Assembly: GCF_004010195.1 (NCBI RefSeq)
Contig: NC_057719.1
Location: forward strand, 12,200,028 to 12,237,901
Origin: Chiloscyllium plagiosum
Lineage: Eukaryota
Direction: 5' to 3'
DNA length: 37,874 bases
Shown: piece after piece, positions 1 to 10,620 of the stretch
How the letters are laid out: every line of letters begins with the position of its first letter
How positions within the stretch are numbered: position 1 is the first letter of the stretch
The notes under the pieces: generated by a model
Databases searched by the model: none
What the model was told of the DNA's origin: nothing
Seen by the model: only the letters and a program-made list of their open reading frames with translations
Position numbers and translations under genes: made by a program

Positions 1-595
1 CTGTTCTACATATCCTACGAAGAGGCAGGCATAGGTGGGGCCCATGCGGGTGCCCATGGCTATTCCTTTCGTTTGGAGGAAGTGGGAGGATTGGAAAGAG
101 AAGTTGTTCAGGGTGAGGACCAGTTCAGTCAGTCGAAGGAGGGTGTCTGTGGAAGGGTACTGGTCGGTACGGCGGGAAAGGAAGAAGCGGAGGGCTTTGA
201 GTCCTTCGTGATGGGGGATGGAGGTGTACAGGGACTGGATGTCCATGGTGAAGATAAGGCGTTGGGGACTGGGGAAGCGAAAATCATGGATCAGGTGGAG
301 GGCATGGGTGGTGTCCCGAACGTAGGTGGGGAGTTCTTGGACTAAGGGGGACAGGACGGTGTCAAGGTATGCGGAGATGAGTTCGGTGGGGCAGGAGCAG
401 GCGGAGACAATGGGTCGGCCGGGGCAGTCAGGTTTGTGGATTTTGGGCAGGAGGTAGAAGCGGGAGGTGCGGGGTTGTGGGACTATGAGGTTGGAGGCGG
501 TGGATGGGAGATCACCCGAGGTGATGAGGTTATGGACGGTCTGGGAGATGATGGTTTGGTGGTGGGGGGTGGGGTCATGGTCAAGGGGGCAGTAG
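1..595 (-). mobile_element. Penelope-like element, family A (Neptune-like), reverse transcriptase fragment
   Basis: The minus strand reads ...GIAMGTRMGPTYACLFVG... It is highly similar to the copy at 9046-9517, which carries GVAMGTRMGPSY and YIDD. Confidence 0.8.
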
Positions 596-597
596 GA

Positions 598-881
598 GGA
601 GGACAAGCCAAACAGAGAACAGCCAGGGAATTCCTATTGGCATGGCACTCATCCACAGATTCAATCAATAAGCACATCGACCTGGACCCAGTATACCGAC
701 CACTGCAACGGACAGCTGGAACTGACAACCAGAAGCGGCAGATTCAAACCACTACAAATGCCGGAGGAAAGATCACAGAAGTCCTTCAAAGGAGGCTCCA
801 AAGCACTGAGGATGTCACCTAGACAGGGGACGAAACGTATGCAACACAAATTCCCAGCTCGACGAACAGAACCACAACAAT
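598..881 (+). mobile_element. Penelope-like element, family B (Poseidon-like), 3' terminal fragment
   Basis: Encodes QAKQRTAREFLLAWHS (end of the GIY-YIG domain). Near-identical to 15495-15768 and to the reverse complements of 14325-14590 and 30695-30970. Confidence 0.85.
803..842 (+). ncRNA. Minimal hammerhead ribozyme motif (PLE family B)
   Basis: GCA-CTGAGGA-tGTC acctagacaggg GAC-GAAA-C-GTA-TGC. It has the CUGANGA and GAAA cores, stem II GTC/GAC, stem I GCA/TGC, NUH triplet GUA and a palindromic ACGT in place of stem III. Confidence 0.65.
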
Positions 882-1039
882 GAATATAAAAGCTTCCAGC
901 GATATGTGAAATGAAAAAGATTAGTGAAGACAAATGTATATCCCTGACAATCAGAAACAGAGAAAGTTATAATAGGGAACAAAGTGATGACATACCAATC
1001 AGATACATAATTTGGTTCCATCCTCACAAAGGAGCACAC

Positions 1040-2160
1040 AAATAATGTTATAAAAATGTTGGGGCTCATAATTTAGTGAGGGAGATGAACTGAAGAAAAT
1101 CAGTATTAGTTCGGGAAATGGTGTTGAGGAATTTTTTAGGAATAAATACAACAAATCCCCAGAGCCCAACAATCTACATCACAGAGTACTTCAGGAAATG
1201 GCTCTAGAAATAGTAGTCATCTGTAGTCTCTCTAGACTCTGGAACAATTCATTTGGATTGGAGGGTAGCCAATGTAACCTCACTGTTTAAAAAGGACGTA
1301 GAAGGGGACAGGGTATTACAGACTAGTTAGCCTGACATCCGTAATAAGGAAAATGCTCAAAGTTCATTATAAAAGATTTAATGGCAAAGCACTTGGAAAA
1401 CAGTCATGGATTTATGAAAAGGAAATCATGATTGACAGTTGACTATCGGATGGATGTGATTGACTTGGACTTTCACAAGGCACCTGATAAGGCCCAATTT
1501 AAGAATTAGCATGTAAACTTAAAGCTCATGGGATTGGGTTAGTGCACTGACATGAATAGAGAGCTATCTGGCAAATAGGAAACAAAAAGTAAGAATAAAT
1601 GAGTCATTTTCTGAGTGGCAGCCAGTGACCAATGATATACTGCAGGGATCCAGGTCAACTATTCACAATATATATTAATGATTTAGATGAGAAAACTAAA
1701 TGTATTATCTCCAAATTTGTAACTGCAGAAAGTTTGGTTGGAGTGTGAGCTGTGGGAAGATGCAAAGATGCTTCAGTGTGATTTGTATAGGTTGAATGAG
1801 TGGGCAAATGCAGATGCGTATAATGTAGATAAATGTAAGGTTATCCACTTTGGTAGCAAAAAAGGAAGGTGAATTATTATCTGAATAGTGATAGATTGGA
1901 AAGAAGATGTGCAATAAGACCTCTGTGTCCTTCAATGCTAGTCACTGAAAGTAAACATGCAGGTGCAGTCGGCAGTAAAGAAGGCACTTGTCTGTTGGCC
2001 TTTAAAGTATTTGAGTACAGAAGCAATGATGTCTTGCTGCAATTGCATAAGACCTTGGTGAGACCACACTTCTGAATGTTTGTGCAGCTTTGGTCTCCTG
2101 AGCTCAAGAAGCCTGTGATGAATATATATTGAGTGCAACAAATGATTCCTGGGATTGATA
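1040..2160 (+). mobile_element. Decayed CR1 LINE, ORF2 fragment
   Basis: Remnants of CR1 RT motifs are visible (W..ANVT.LFKK, Y.LVSLTS, MDVI.LDF.KA.DK, LHKTLVRPH), with many stops and frameshifts. Confidence 0.8.
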
Positions 2161-2490
2161 GACTGACTTATTGTTGTCACTTGTACTGAGGAACAGTGAA
2201 GTATGTTATTTGTATGCTGTACAGGCAGATCGTACCAAAGTGCAGTAGGATAGGAAAACAGAATGCAGAACAGATGCAGAGACAGGAATCAGAATTTACA
2301 TTTGAGGGTCATTCAAAAGTCTGATAATAGCAGGGAAGCTGTTCTTGAATCACTTTGTACGTATCTTGGAACTTTTTTATCTTCTGCCCGATGGAAGGGG
2401 TGGGAAGGGTCTTTGATGACATTAATTACTTTCCCGAGGCAGTGGGAAGTATAGATGGAGTCAATGGTTTGTGCGATGGACTGGTCTATG
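2160..2490 (-). mobile_element. Rex1/Babar-like LINE 3' end remnant
   Basis: The minus strand reads VIKDPSHP..PSGRR..K..R...SF, typical of the Rex1/Babar ORF end. A related copy lies at about 17370-17725. Confidence 0.55.
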
Positions 2491-2923
2491 TTTGCAACTC
2501 TGTTTTTCTCTCCACACCTGCCAAGTATCTCCAGCAATTTCGGGTTTGGTTTATTTCAGAACTTTAACATTCATTGTACTTTGTTTTATTTTAGTGAAAG
2601 TATACAATGTTTTTAATGAACAAGCTTCAAATGACACAACTAAACGATAAGGTTCCCAACACTATATACCGAATATGGAATCCGTTAGACAACTAAATTA
2701 TTTCTCAATACCAAAGCAATGTAGAAATGCAAACTATTCCCCCCAAAAAAACTGTCTATTCTCATCCAAATGGGATTAGAATCCATAGATGTTTGATGTA
2801 GTGGCGTTCATGACGGGCCTAGCTCCATGCAGTAAAGACTCTTCGAAAAACTGAATACTATGGATTTTCTAAATCACAGCGAATGCCCAATACAGTCACC
2901 AGAAAAAAATTCACAAGGAGCTT

Positions 2924-2986
2924 CTTCCGGAAACTATCCAGAAAGTTCCACATGATGACGTTCGCTTTTCTAGCATTTTCTAAAAC
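2924..2986. promoter_or_regulatory. Distal cluster of heat shock element-like motifs
   Basis: TTCcgGAA (2925-2932), ATCcaGAAagTTC (2936-2948) and TTCtaGCAttTTCtaAAA (2968-2985). Confidence 0.55.
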
Positions 2987-3139
2987 TGGCGACGGCCCAC
3001 AATCAAAAATAAAAGAAACACAGCCAGAGATTTTGATCACAGATCAGACAATTTCAAACAAACAAAAGTAATTTTTTTAATATTATTTCACCTAGCCGAT
3101 CAAAAGGGTAAATAAAACTCCTCAGTGAGCATTCAATAG

Positions 3140-3810
3140 AACGACGAAGGTCGGTGGGTACCGGAATGTAGGGCATCTGGGAGGCAGCGGGGCGGAAGTG
3201 CTTTAGCGTCTAGTCAATTAAGAGGGGCGGATGGCAGTGAGTGCGTCAGCGTCATGACGATGGGGGTTGGATAAGCGTGGGAATGCTCATTGCCATCACG
3301 TCAGCAAAATACAATAGCGGGAGGGTGGTGAAGCGCACTGCGGGGCGGAAGTGATGTCAGGATCATTGGCGAGCAGCGTTACAGTGCGGATGAAGGGGTT
3401 AGTCAGGCCCCGCCTACCTAACCGGCGCCGTCGACGTCACGGCTTTCTAGCATGTTCTGACGGCAACCGGATAAAGACTGGAGGAGAGCGGCTCGCGGGA
3501 CGCTTTGGGGAAGAGTAGTCTCCGCGGGCAGGGTTTGTAACCTGTGGCCTTGCTTATTATATCGCATTTTTAACGCTTCCCCCCCCACCCCAAAAAAAAC
3601 ACACCAGACGTTCATTCTTATTTCCCCCAGAATCTGGCTGAAATACCATCCGCCGGTCTTCTCCCAGCCGCGGTGTTCCGAGTCCTTGCCGCCGCCGGGT
3701 TAATTCATTTGTCTCGTTTGCCACCTTTTCCCCAGCCGCTCCGACTTGTCACTATGGCCAAGTGGGGACAGGGCGACCCGCGTTGGATCGTGGAGGAGCG
3801 GGCCGATGCT
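3140..3810. promoter_or_regulatory. CpG-rich promoter / 5' UTR region of AHSA1
   Basis: CG dinucleotides are locally dense against a CpG-poor background. GCGGGGCGGAAGTG (GC box fused to an ETS site) occurs at 3187-3200 and 3340-3353. Inverted CCAAT (ATTGG) lies near 3365 and CRE-like GACGTCA at 3433-3439. Confidence 0.8.
3444..3458. promoter_or_regulatory. Proximal heat shock element-like motif
   Basis: tTTCtaGCAtgTTCt matches nTTCnnGAAnnTTCn with one mismatch, about 300 nt upstream of the ATG of an HSP90 co-chaperone. Confidence 0.6.
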
Positions 3811-3833
3811 ACTAATGTCAATAATTGGCATTG
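3754..3833 (+). CDS. AHSA1: AHSA1 coding exon 1 (MAKWGQGDPRWIVEERADATNVNNWH-W)
   Basis: ATG at 3754. Hand translation gives the diagnostic Aha1 N-terminus with the NxNNWHW motif. Ends TG|gtaagg (80 nt, phase 2). Not shown in this frame in the ORF track. Confidence 0.97.
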
Positions 3834-4526
3834 GTAAGGATGCTGTTAACCCCTGTTCTGTCTGTGGATCTTGCTCTATCTTTGTTCCTCCTTCGCTCCA
3901 TATCTGTCTCTTGTTCTGCTATTTTTTAGTCTTCCTTCCCTATCCTTTGCGTGTGTATGTATAAAATGTATATATTGGTTTAATTCTTTCAGTTTCATGT
4001 TTTCTCCTTACCAGATAGCAAAGTTTGTCGCAAAATGTTTATTTTGTTTGATTTAACAGTTCTGGTAGTCTGCAGAGAATTGTTTTGATAACTCATGTTT
4101 TCTATATATAAAACCTACTGAGCTCTGTGCCATCGTTTTGCTTAAATATAACGTGAGGTTGGGATCGAAGTTTTTTTCTTCCCGATCCCTTGCTTCCATA
4201 CTCCTCCTCTTCTCTCCTTTCTCTCCTCTCCCCCCCCCCCCCATCTCATCTGCAAACCTCATTCACAACCTTAGTAAGGGGTTTGTTTTTGCATGGGTTT
4301 GAGCAACTTTCAGTTATACATGTCAAAACTTCAACAAACTTGAGCTTAATATTGGAAAAATAATTAAGAAAGTAATAGTATAACACTTGGTAAATCCTAA
4401 TGAAGCACGGTCAGCATAAGTCCATGAAAGGGAAATTATGTCTGACTAATAGAATCTTTCAAGGAAGACTCAAACAGAGTGGATAGAGGGTTACCTGGAG
4501 ATGATGTTGGATTTGGAGAAGGTCGA

Positions 4527-4653
4527 GGAGAAAGTGAGGTCTGCAGATGCTGGAGATCAAAGTTGAAACTTTATTGCTGGAACAGCACAGCAGGTCAGGC
4601 AGCATCCAGGGAACAGGAGATTCGACGTTTCGGGCACAGGCCCTTCTTCAGGA
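4527..4653 (-). mobile_element. 127-bp PLE family A terminal-repeat insertion with 16-bp target-site duplication
   Basis: Flanked by ATTTGGAGAAGGTCGA at 4511-4526 and 4654-4669. The body resembles the end of the family A element at 7905-8040. Confidence 0.85.
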
Positions 4654-4655
4654 AT
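4620..4655 (-). ncRNA. Minimal hammerhead ribozyme motif (PLE family A)
   Basis: Minus strand: ATTC-CTGAAGA-a-GGGC ctgt GCCC-GAAA-C-GTC-GAAT. Cores are intact, with a 4-bp stem II, 4-bp stem I (ATTC/GAAT) and a GUC triplet. Confidence 0.72.
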
Positions 4656-5099
4656 TTGGAGAAGGTCGACAAGATACTTCACAAAAGGTGAGGTTGTAAA
4701 ATAATAGCTGTGTTCGAAGTAAAATATTGGCTTGGATAAAAAATTGTCTAACGTGCAGGAAATAGTGAATGGGCAAAGTGATTTTTATTTGGTTTGGAGA
4801 TCTGTGACCAGTGGAGTTCTATAGGGATCAGTGCTGGGATCACATTGTTTGCAATATGAATTGTTACTTAAAGGAATGAAGCAAATGTGTTGTAGCCAGG
4901 TTTGCTGGAGAGACCAAAAGTAGGTGGAAAGTCAGATTTTGGGCACTACAAGAAGTTTAGAAAACTATCCATTAAGTCAGGGGACAAAACATTGAATATA
5001 TTGTGGGAAATGTGAATTTTTTCACTTTGAATGGGAGAACAAGAGAACAGAATATTACTTAAATGAAGAGAAACTACATAAAACTGCAGCATAAAGGGA

Positions 5100-7180
5100 A
5101 GTTGATTTGCAGACATTTCATTTCCCTGTCTAGGTGACATCTTCCAAGCTTTGGAGATTCCTGTGAAACGCTGCTGTACTGATCTTCTGGAATTTATTTG
5201 ATTCCATTTTTTTGCTGCTTCTATTTGCTGATTCTAGTCGTTCATCGTAGTGGCCAGTATGTTGGATCGAGGTCAATGTGCTCGTAGATAGTCTGTGGGA
5301 TGAGTGCCATGCTTCTTGGAATTCTCTGCCAACCTCTGTTTAGCTTGTCCTATGATCATTGTTCTGGATTAGTGGTGCTGGAAGAGCACAGCAGTTCAGG
5401 CAGCATCCAAGGAGCTTCGAAATTGACGTTTCGGGCAAAAGCCCTTCATCAGGAAGAATCTGGTTTCCAGCATCTGCAGTCATTGTTTGTGCCTCTATGA
5501 TCGTTGATCGTTGTGTTGTCCCAGTCGAATTTGTGGTCCCTGTCATGTGTGTGGCTACTAGGGACAGCTGGTTGTAGCATTTAGTAACTGTTGGTGTTTG
5601 TGGATGCAGATTGTTAGTTGTCTGCTTATTTGCCCTATACAGTATATTGTTTCATGCAGTTTTTGCATAGAATCTTGTAAATTACATTAGTCTTGTACAT
5701 GGTCAGTATTGGGTCTTTTGTCCTCCTAAGTTGTCTGAGCATGGCTATCGGTTTACGGGCTGTCATGAATCCCAGTGATTGGAGAATCTTCGCAAGAATT
5801 CTGAGCCAGTATCAAAAATGTAGACGTAGACAAGGACGAAGCAATGGTCTCATTTGATGTAACAGCATTGTTCACTTCAATTGACAAAACTCTAGCCAGG
5901 GAGATAATAGCCAACCTCCTGGACAGGCAGAACAGAAAACACAACGAGGAAATCTATCAACAAGGACTGCATACTGAAACTACTAGACCTGTGCTTGATG
6001 ACACTTCACATTCAACAACTAAATGTATGAACAGATCAATGGCACACCTATGGGCTCACCCATATCTGGGCTCCAAGCAGAAGCAGTGATGCAAAGATTG
6101 GAACAAACAGCCCTACCACAAATCCAAACCAAACTCTGGATCAGATACGTGGATGACATTTGTGTTAACATTAAGGGAACAGAAATCAAGAACACTGGAT
6201 CATCAACATCATACTCGCAGGGATCATAATTACAGGGGAGGAGGAAAGCAAAATCAACTCCCATTCCTGGATGTGATGGTATGAAGAGCACAGAACGGTG
6301 GATGTACCACAAAAGTGTACAAAGTCCCACACATCAACCAGGTCCTGAATTACAACAGCAACCACCCAAACACATGAGAAGCTGCAATAGGACCCTGTTT
6401 GAAAGGGCTACAATACACTGCAGCACTCCCAACTTATGAAGGGAAGAAGAACACCTTCACAGAGTATTTGCCAACAACGGCTATCCCCACAACTTTGTCT
6501 GCAGATGCCTAACAGATAAACAACATGACAAGGATGTGCCGTGACCTAACTCTCACTCCATGCTATCTTCAAATAAAAAGCATCTGAGCTGACAGCCAGA
6601 CTTCTCTGAACACTGGTATTCATGACTGCTCATAAACCGACAGCCACGCTCAGACAAAACTTGCCTGTCAAGTCCAAGACTAAAGTAATTTTCAAGATTC
6701 CATTCAAAGACTGCAGAAATCACACAATAGGGCAAACAAGCAGATAACTATCAATCCACATCCACTAACACCAACTAGCCACTAAACACCATGACCAGCT
6801 ATCCCTAGGAGCCATACACAGATGACAGGGACCACAAATTTTGACTGGAACAGCACAACAGTCATAAGACATGCTAAGCAGAGGATAGCCAGAGAATTCC
6901 TAGAAGCATGGCACTCATCCCATGGACTCTAAATCAACAAGCGCTATGACCTGGACCCAATATACTGGCCACCACAATGAGCAACTGGCAGCAGCAGAAA
7001 CAGAACCAAATAAATTCCAGAAGAGACAGTACAGCAGTGCTTCACAGGAGGCTCCAAAGCACTGGTGATGTCACCTAGACAAGGGATGAAACATCTGTAG
7101 ATCAGCTTCCCAGCTCAGCGAACATACCTGCAACCATGATAACAGGCACCCAAGCTGCAAATCTTACACAAACTTTGAAC
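5100..7180. mobile_element. Penelope-like element family B, inverted arrangement (minus-strand arm about 5100-5790, plus-strand RT + GIY-YIG about 5790-7180)
   Basis: ORF remnants MVSFDVTALFTSI and YEQINGTPMGSPISG...WIRYVDD. The 3' part (about 6600-7115) is repeated in reverse complement at 5100-5790. Confidence 0.85.
5362..5494 (-). mobile_element. Short PLE family A terminal-repeat insertion with an internal inversion; hammerhead core at 5425-5452
   Basis: Minus strand CTGATGAAGGGCTTTTGCCCGAAACGTC. Segment 5456-5490 is the reverse complement of the sequence adjoining this repeat in the 7905-7950 copy. Flanks are CTATGATCATTG and CTATGATCGTTG. Confidence 0.7.
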
Positions 7181-7900
7181 ACAAAGGAACTTTAGGATAC
7201 TTGTACATGAAACAGAAAGGTAGCATAGAAGTGAAGCAGATAATCAGGAAGGCTAAAGGAATGATGGCCCTTTATTTCAAGCGCATGATTGTGGAAGTTT
7301 ACTGAAAGTGTACCAATGTTGGTGAAATCACGTGTGGAATACTGTCAGCGGTTTTGTCCCTTTTATTTAAAGATCATTTTCATTGGAGTTAAGAGAAGGT
7401 TGAGTAAGGTGATCCCAATGTGGAGGGATTGTCTTTGATCAAAGACTAAACAGGTTGGTTCTCTACTCGTGTTTAGAAGAATGAGAGGTGATCTTATTGA
7501 AACATTTTAAGATTCTAAAGGGGCTTGGTAAATAAATGCTGAATGGATGTTTCCCTGACAGGAAAATCTACAATTACCGTGCATAATCTCAGGATAAAGG
7601 GGTGCCAATTTCAGACTGAGATAAGGAGAAATTTCATGAAGGTTGAGAGTCCTTCTGTAGAGTTATGGAGGCAGAGTCCTTGTGTATTTTTCAATTAAAT
7701 TTGATCAATAGGGGAATTGACAGTGGGAAAGGCAGAAAAGTAGGCATCAGGAATTTGAGTTAAATCAGAATCCTACTGGCCTAGACCTGTTTTTCTTTTC
7801 TTCGACTTGTAGGATGTCAATGTGACTGGCTGGCCATCATTTATTACTCTTGAGACACCGGTGAGCACCTCCTTGAACTGTAGTCCATGTGCTGTAGGTT

Positions 7901-9517
7901 AGGTAAAAACAATTACTGACTGACTGCAGATGCTGGAAACCAGAGACTAGATTAGAGTGGTGCAGGAAAAGCACACAGTTCAGGCAGCATCCAAGGAACA
8001 GTAAAATTGACGTTTCGGGCAAAAGCCCTTCATCAGAAATAGAGGCAGAGAGCCTGAAGGGTAGAGAGATAAGTAAGAGAGTTGGGGTGGGGAGAAAGTA
8101 GCAGAGTGCAATAGGTGAGTGGGGGAGGGGATGAAGGTGATAGGTCGGGGAAGGGTGGAGTGGATAGGTGGACAGATTTTAGGCAAGTAGGACAAGTCAT
8201 GGGGACCGTGCTGAGCTGGAAGTTTGGAACTGGGGTGAGGTGGGGGAAGGGGAAATGAGGAAACTGTTGAAGTCCACATTGATGCCCTGGGGTTGGTNNN
8301 NNNNNNNNNNNNNNNNNNNNNNNNNNNNNNNNNNNNNNNNNNNNNNNNNNNNNNNNNNNNNNNNNNNNNNNNNNNNNNNNNNNNNNNNNNNNNNNNNNNN
8401 NNNNNNNNNNNNNNNNNNNNNNNNNNNNNNNNNNNNNNNNNNNNNNNNNNNNNNNNNNNNNNNNNNNNNNNNNGTTAGTGGGGTCTGTTTGGAGGTGGCG
8501 GAAATGTTGGCGGATGGTTTGGTTTATGTGAAGGGTGGAAGGTGAGCACCAGGGGCGTTCTGTCCTTGTTACGGTTGGAGGGGTGGGGTCTGAGGGCGGA
8601 GGTGCAGGATGCGGACGAGATGCATTGGAGGGCACCTATAACCACGTGGGAAGGGAAATTGCGGTCTCTAAAGAAGGAGGCCATCTGGTGTGTTCTGTGG
8701 TGGAACTGGTCCTCCTGGGAGCAGATGCGGCGGAGGAATTGAGAATATGGGATGGCATTTTTGCAGGAGGGAGTGGGAAGAGGTGTAATCCAGGTAGCTG
8801 TTGAAGTCGGGTTTTTAAAAAATGTTGGTATCAAGCCGGTCATCATTAATGGCAATGGAGCGGTCTACGAAGGGGCGGGTGGTGTCAGAAATGGTCCAGG
8901 TAAGTTTTTAGGTCCGGGTGGAATGTGTTGGTGAAGTTGATGATTTGCTCAACCTCCTCACGGGAGCACGAGGTGGCGCCAATGCAGTCATCAATGTAGC
9001 TGAGGAAGAGGTGGGGAGTGGTGCCGGTGTAATCACGCAAGATGGACTGTTCTACGTAGCCAACAAAGAGACCGGCATAGCTGGGGCCCATACGGGTGCC
9101 CATGGCTACCCCTTTGGTCTGGAGGAAGTGGGAGGATTCGAAGGAGGAATTAAGGGTGAGGACCGGTTTGGCCAAACGAATGAGTGTGTCTGTGGAAGGG
9201 TACTGTTGGGGACGTCGGGAGAGGAAGGAAATGGAGGGCTTGGAGGCCCTGGTCATGGCGGATGGAGGTGTAGAGGGATTGGATATCATGGTGAAGATGA
9301 GGCGTTGGGGACCATGGAAACAGAAGTCTTGGAGGAGGTGGAGGGCGTGGGTGGTGTCTCGAACGTATGTGGGGAGTTCCTGGACTAGGGGAGGGTAGGA
9401 CCATTTCGAGGTAGGTAGAAATGAGTTCAGTGGGGCAGGAGCATGCTGAGACAATGGGTTGGCCAGGGTGGTCAGGCTTGTGGATCTTGGGAAGGAGTTA
9501 GAACCGGGCCGTGCGGG
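7901..9517 (-). mobile_element. Penelope-like element family A (Neptune-like), 5'-truncated, with 14-bp TSD
   Basis: ORF 8885..9841 carries QTKGVAMGTRMGPSYAGLFVG and YIDD, and ORF 8475..8855 carries IPYSQFLRRICS. TSD ATGTGCTGTAGGTT at 7887-7900 and 9518-9531. Hammerhead core at 8009-8036. Assembly gap at 8298-8473. Confidence 0.88.
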
Positions 9518-9531
9518 ATGTGCTGTAGGTT

Positions 9532-10620
9532 GACCCACTATTCCATTTGGGATGGAATTACCCAATTTTGAGCCTGTGACACTGAAGGACTGCCATTTTG
9601 TTCCTTGGAGGGAATTTGCAGATGGTGATGGTGTATCTGCTGTCCTAGTCCTTCTCGATGAAAGTGGTTGTGGGTTTGGAAAGTTCTGTCTAAGGCGTTT
9701 TAGGGAATTTCTGCAATGCGACTTGGAGATGGTATGCACTGCTGCGACTGAATGTCGGTGTAGGGGAATGGATGTTTGTGGATATGATGCCGATGAGGTG
9801 GGGCGCTTTGTCCTGAATGGTGTCAGACTATACCTGTCCAACCAAGTGGGACATATGCCTTCGCAGTACTGAATTGTGCCTTCTAGATATTTGATAGGAT
9901 GTGGGGAGTCAGGAGGTGAGGTACTCCCTGCAGTATTATTAGATTCTGATCTGTTCTTTTATGTTTGTTTGTTTATATAACAGCCCCAGCCAATTCAACC
10001 TCCCAATAGCTCAAATCCTCCAACCCTGACAACATCCTTTGTAAATCTTTTCCGAACCCTTTCAAGTTTCACAACATCCTTCAAATAGGAAAGAGACCAG
10101 ATATACACTTGTTGCACTATGAATGTGGGCTACTTTAGTATCTAAGGAATCACAAGTGTTTCTGAACATTTTGCACTCGGCGATCATCTCCACTTCTGAC
10201 CTAATAATGGAGGTAAGGTCATTGTTGAAGCAGCTTAAGATGGTTGGGCCCTGGAAACTAGGTATAACTACAGTCAGCCCAAACAGAGTTTGCCCCGAAT
10301 ACCCATTGATTCCAGTTTTGCTCTGCCACTGTGCCATCATCTCTGCTGGTGGAACAGGGCATATCTGGTGATCGTGGTGCTTGGGACATTGTCTGTCTGT
10401 AAGGTATGGTTCTTTGAGTTTGGCTGTGCCAGTCTGCTGCTTGACCAGTCTGTGAGACAGCTCTCCTGATTTTGGCACTATTCCCCCAGATGTTAGGAAG
10501 GAGTCCTTTGCAAGGCCAACAGGGCTGCTTCTGTCCTTGTCTTTTTTTCAGGTGCCTAAGTTGATGCCAGGTGGTTTATCCAGTTTTATGTCTTTGTAGA
10601 CACTATAACAATTGATACGA
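9532..10620 (-). mobile_element. Decayed CR1-type LINE pieces (host of the 7901-9517 insertion; the 3' part is at about 7800-7900)
   Basis: GPTILSCFNNDLTSIIRSEVEM in ORF 10062..10478. Similar to the 32110-35000 copy. Confidence 0.65.

Larger units (their letters stand above)
4380..7770 (+). mobile_element. Decayed CR1 LINE interrupted by insertions at 4527-4653 and about 5100-7180
   Basis: CR1 RT remnants (QH..MKGK.CLTN, VTSGV..GSVLG) precede the insertions. CR1 3' ORF remnants (RRMRGDLIETFKILKG) resume at about 7180. Confidence 0.75.

Noticed and set aside
3746..3964. 72-aa ORF over exon 1
   Set aside because: Wrong frame. The real coding frame starts at ATG 3754 and is spliced at 3833.
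8298..8473. ORFs spanning N runs (also 21849-21864)
   Set aside because: These are assembly gaps, so the translations are artefacts.
8885..9841. Longest ORF (318 aa) as an intact or domesticated gene
   Set aside because: It is chimeric: it crosses the TSD junction at 9517 from CR1 sequence into a frameshifted PLE RT fragment.
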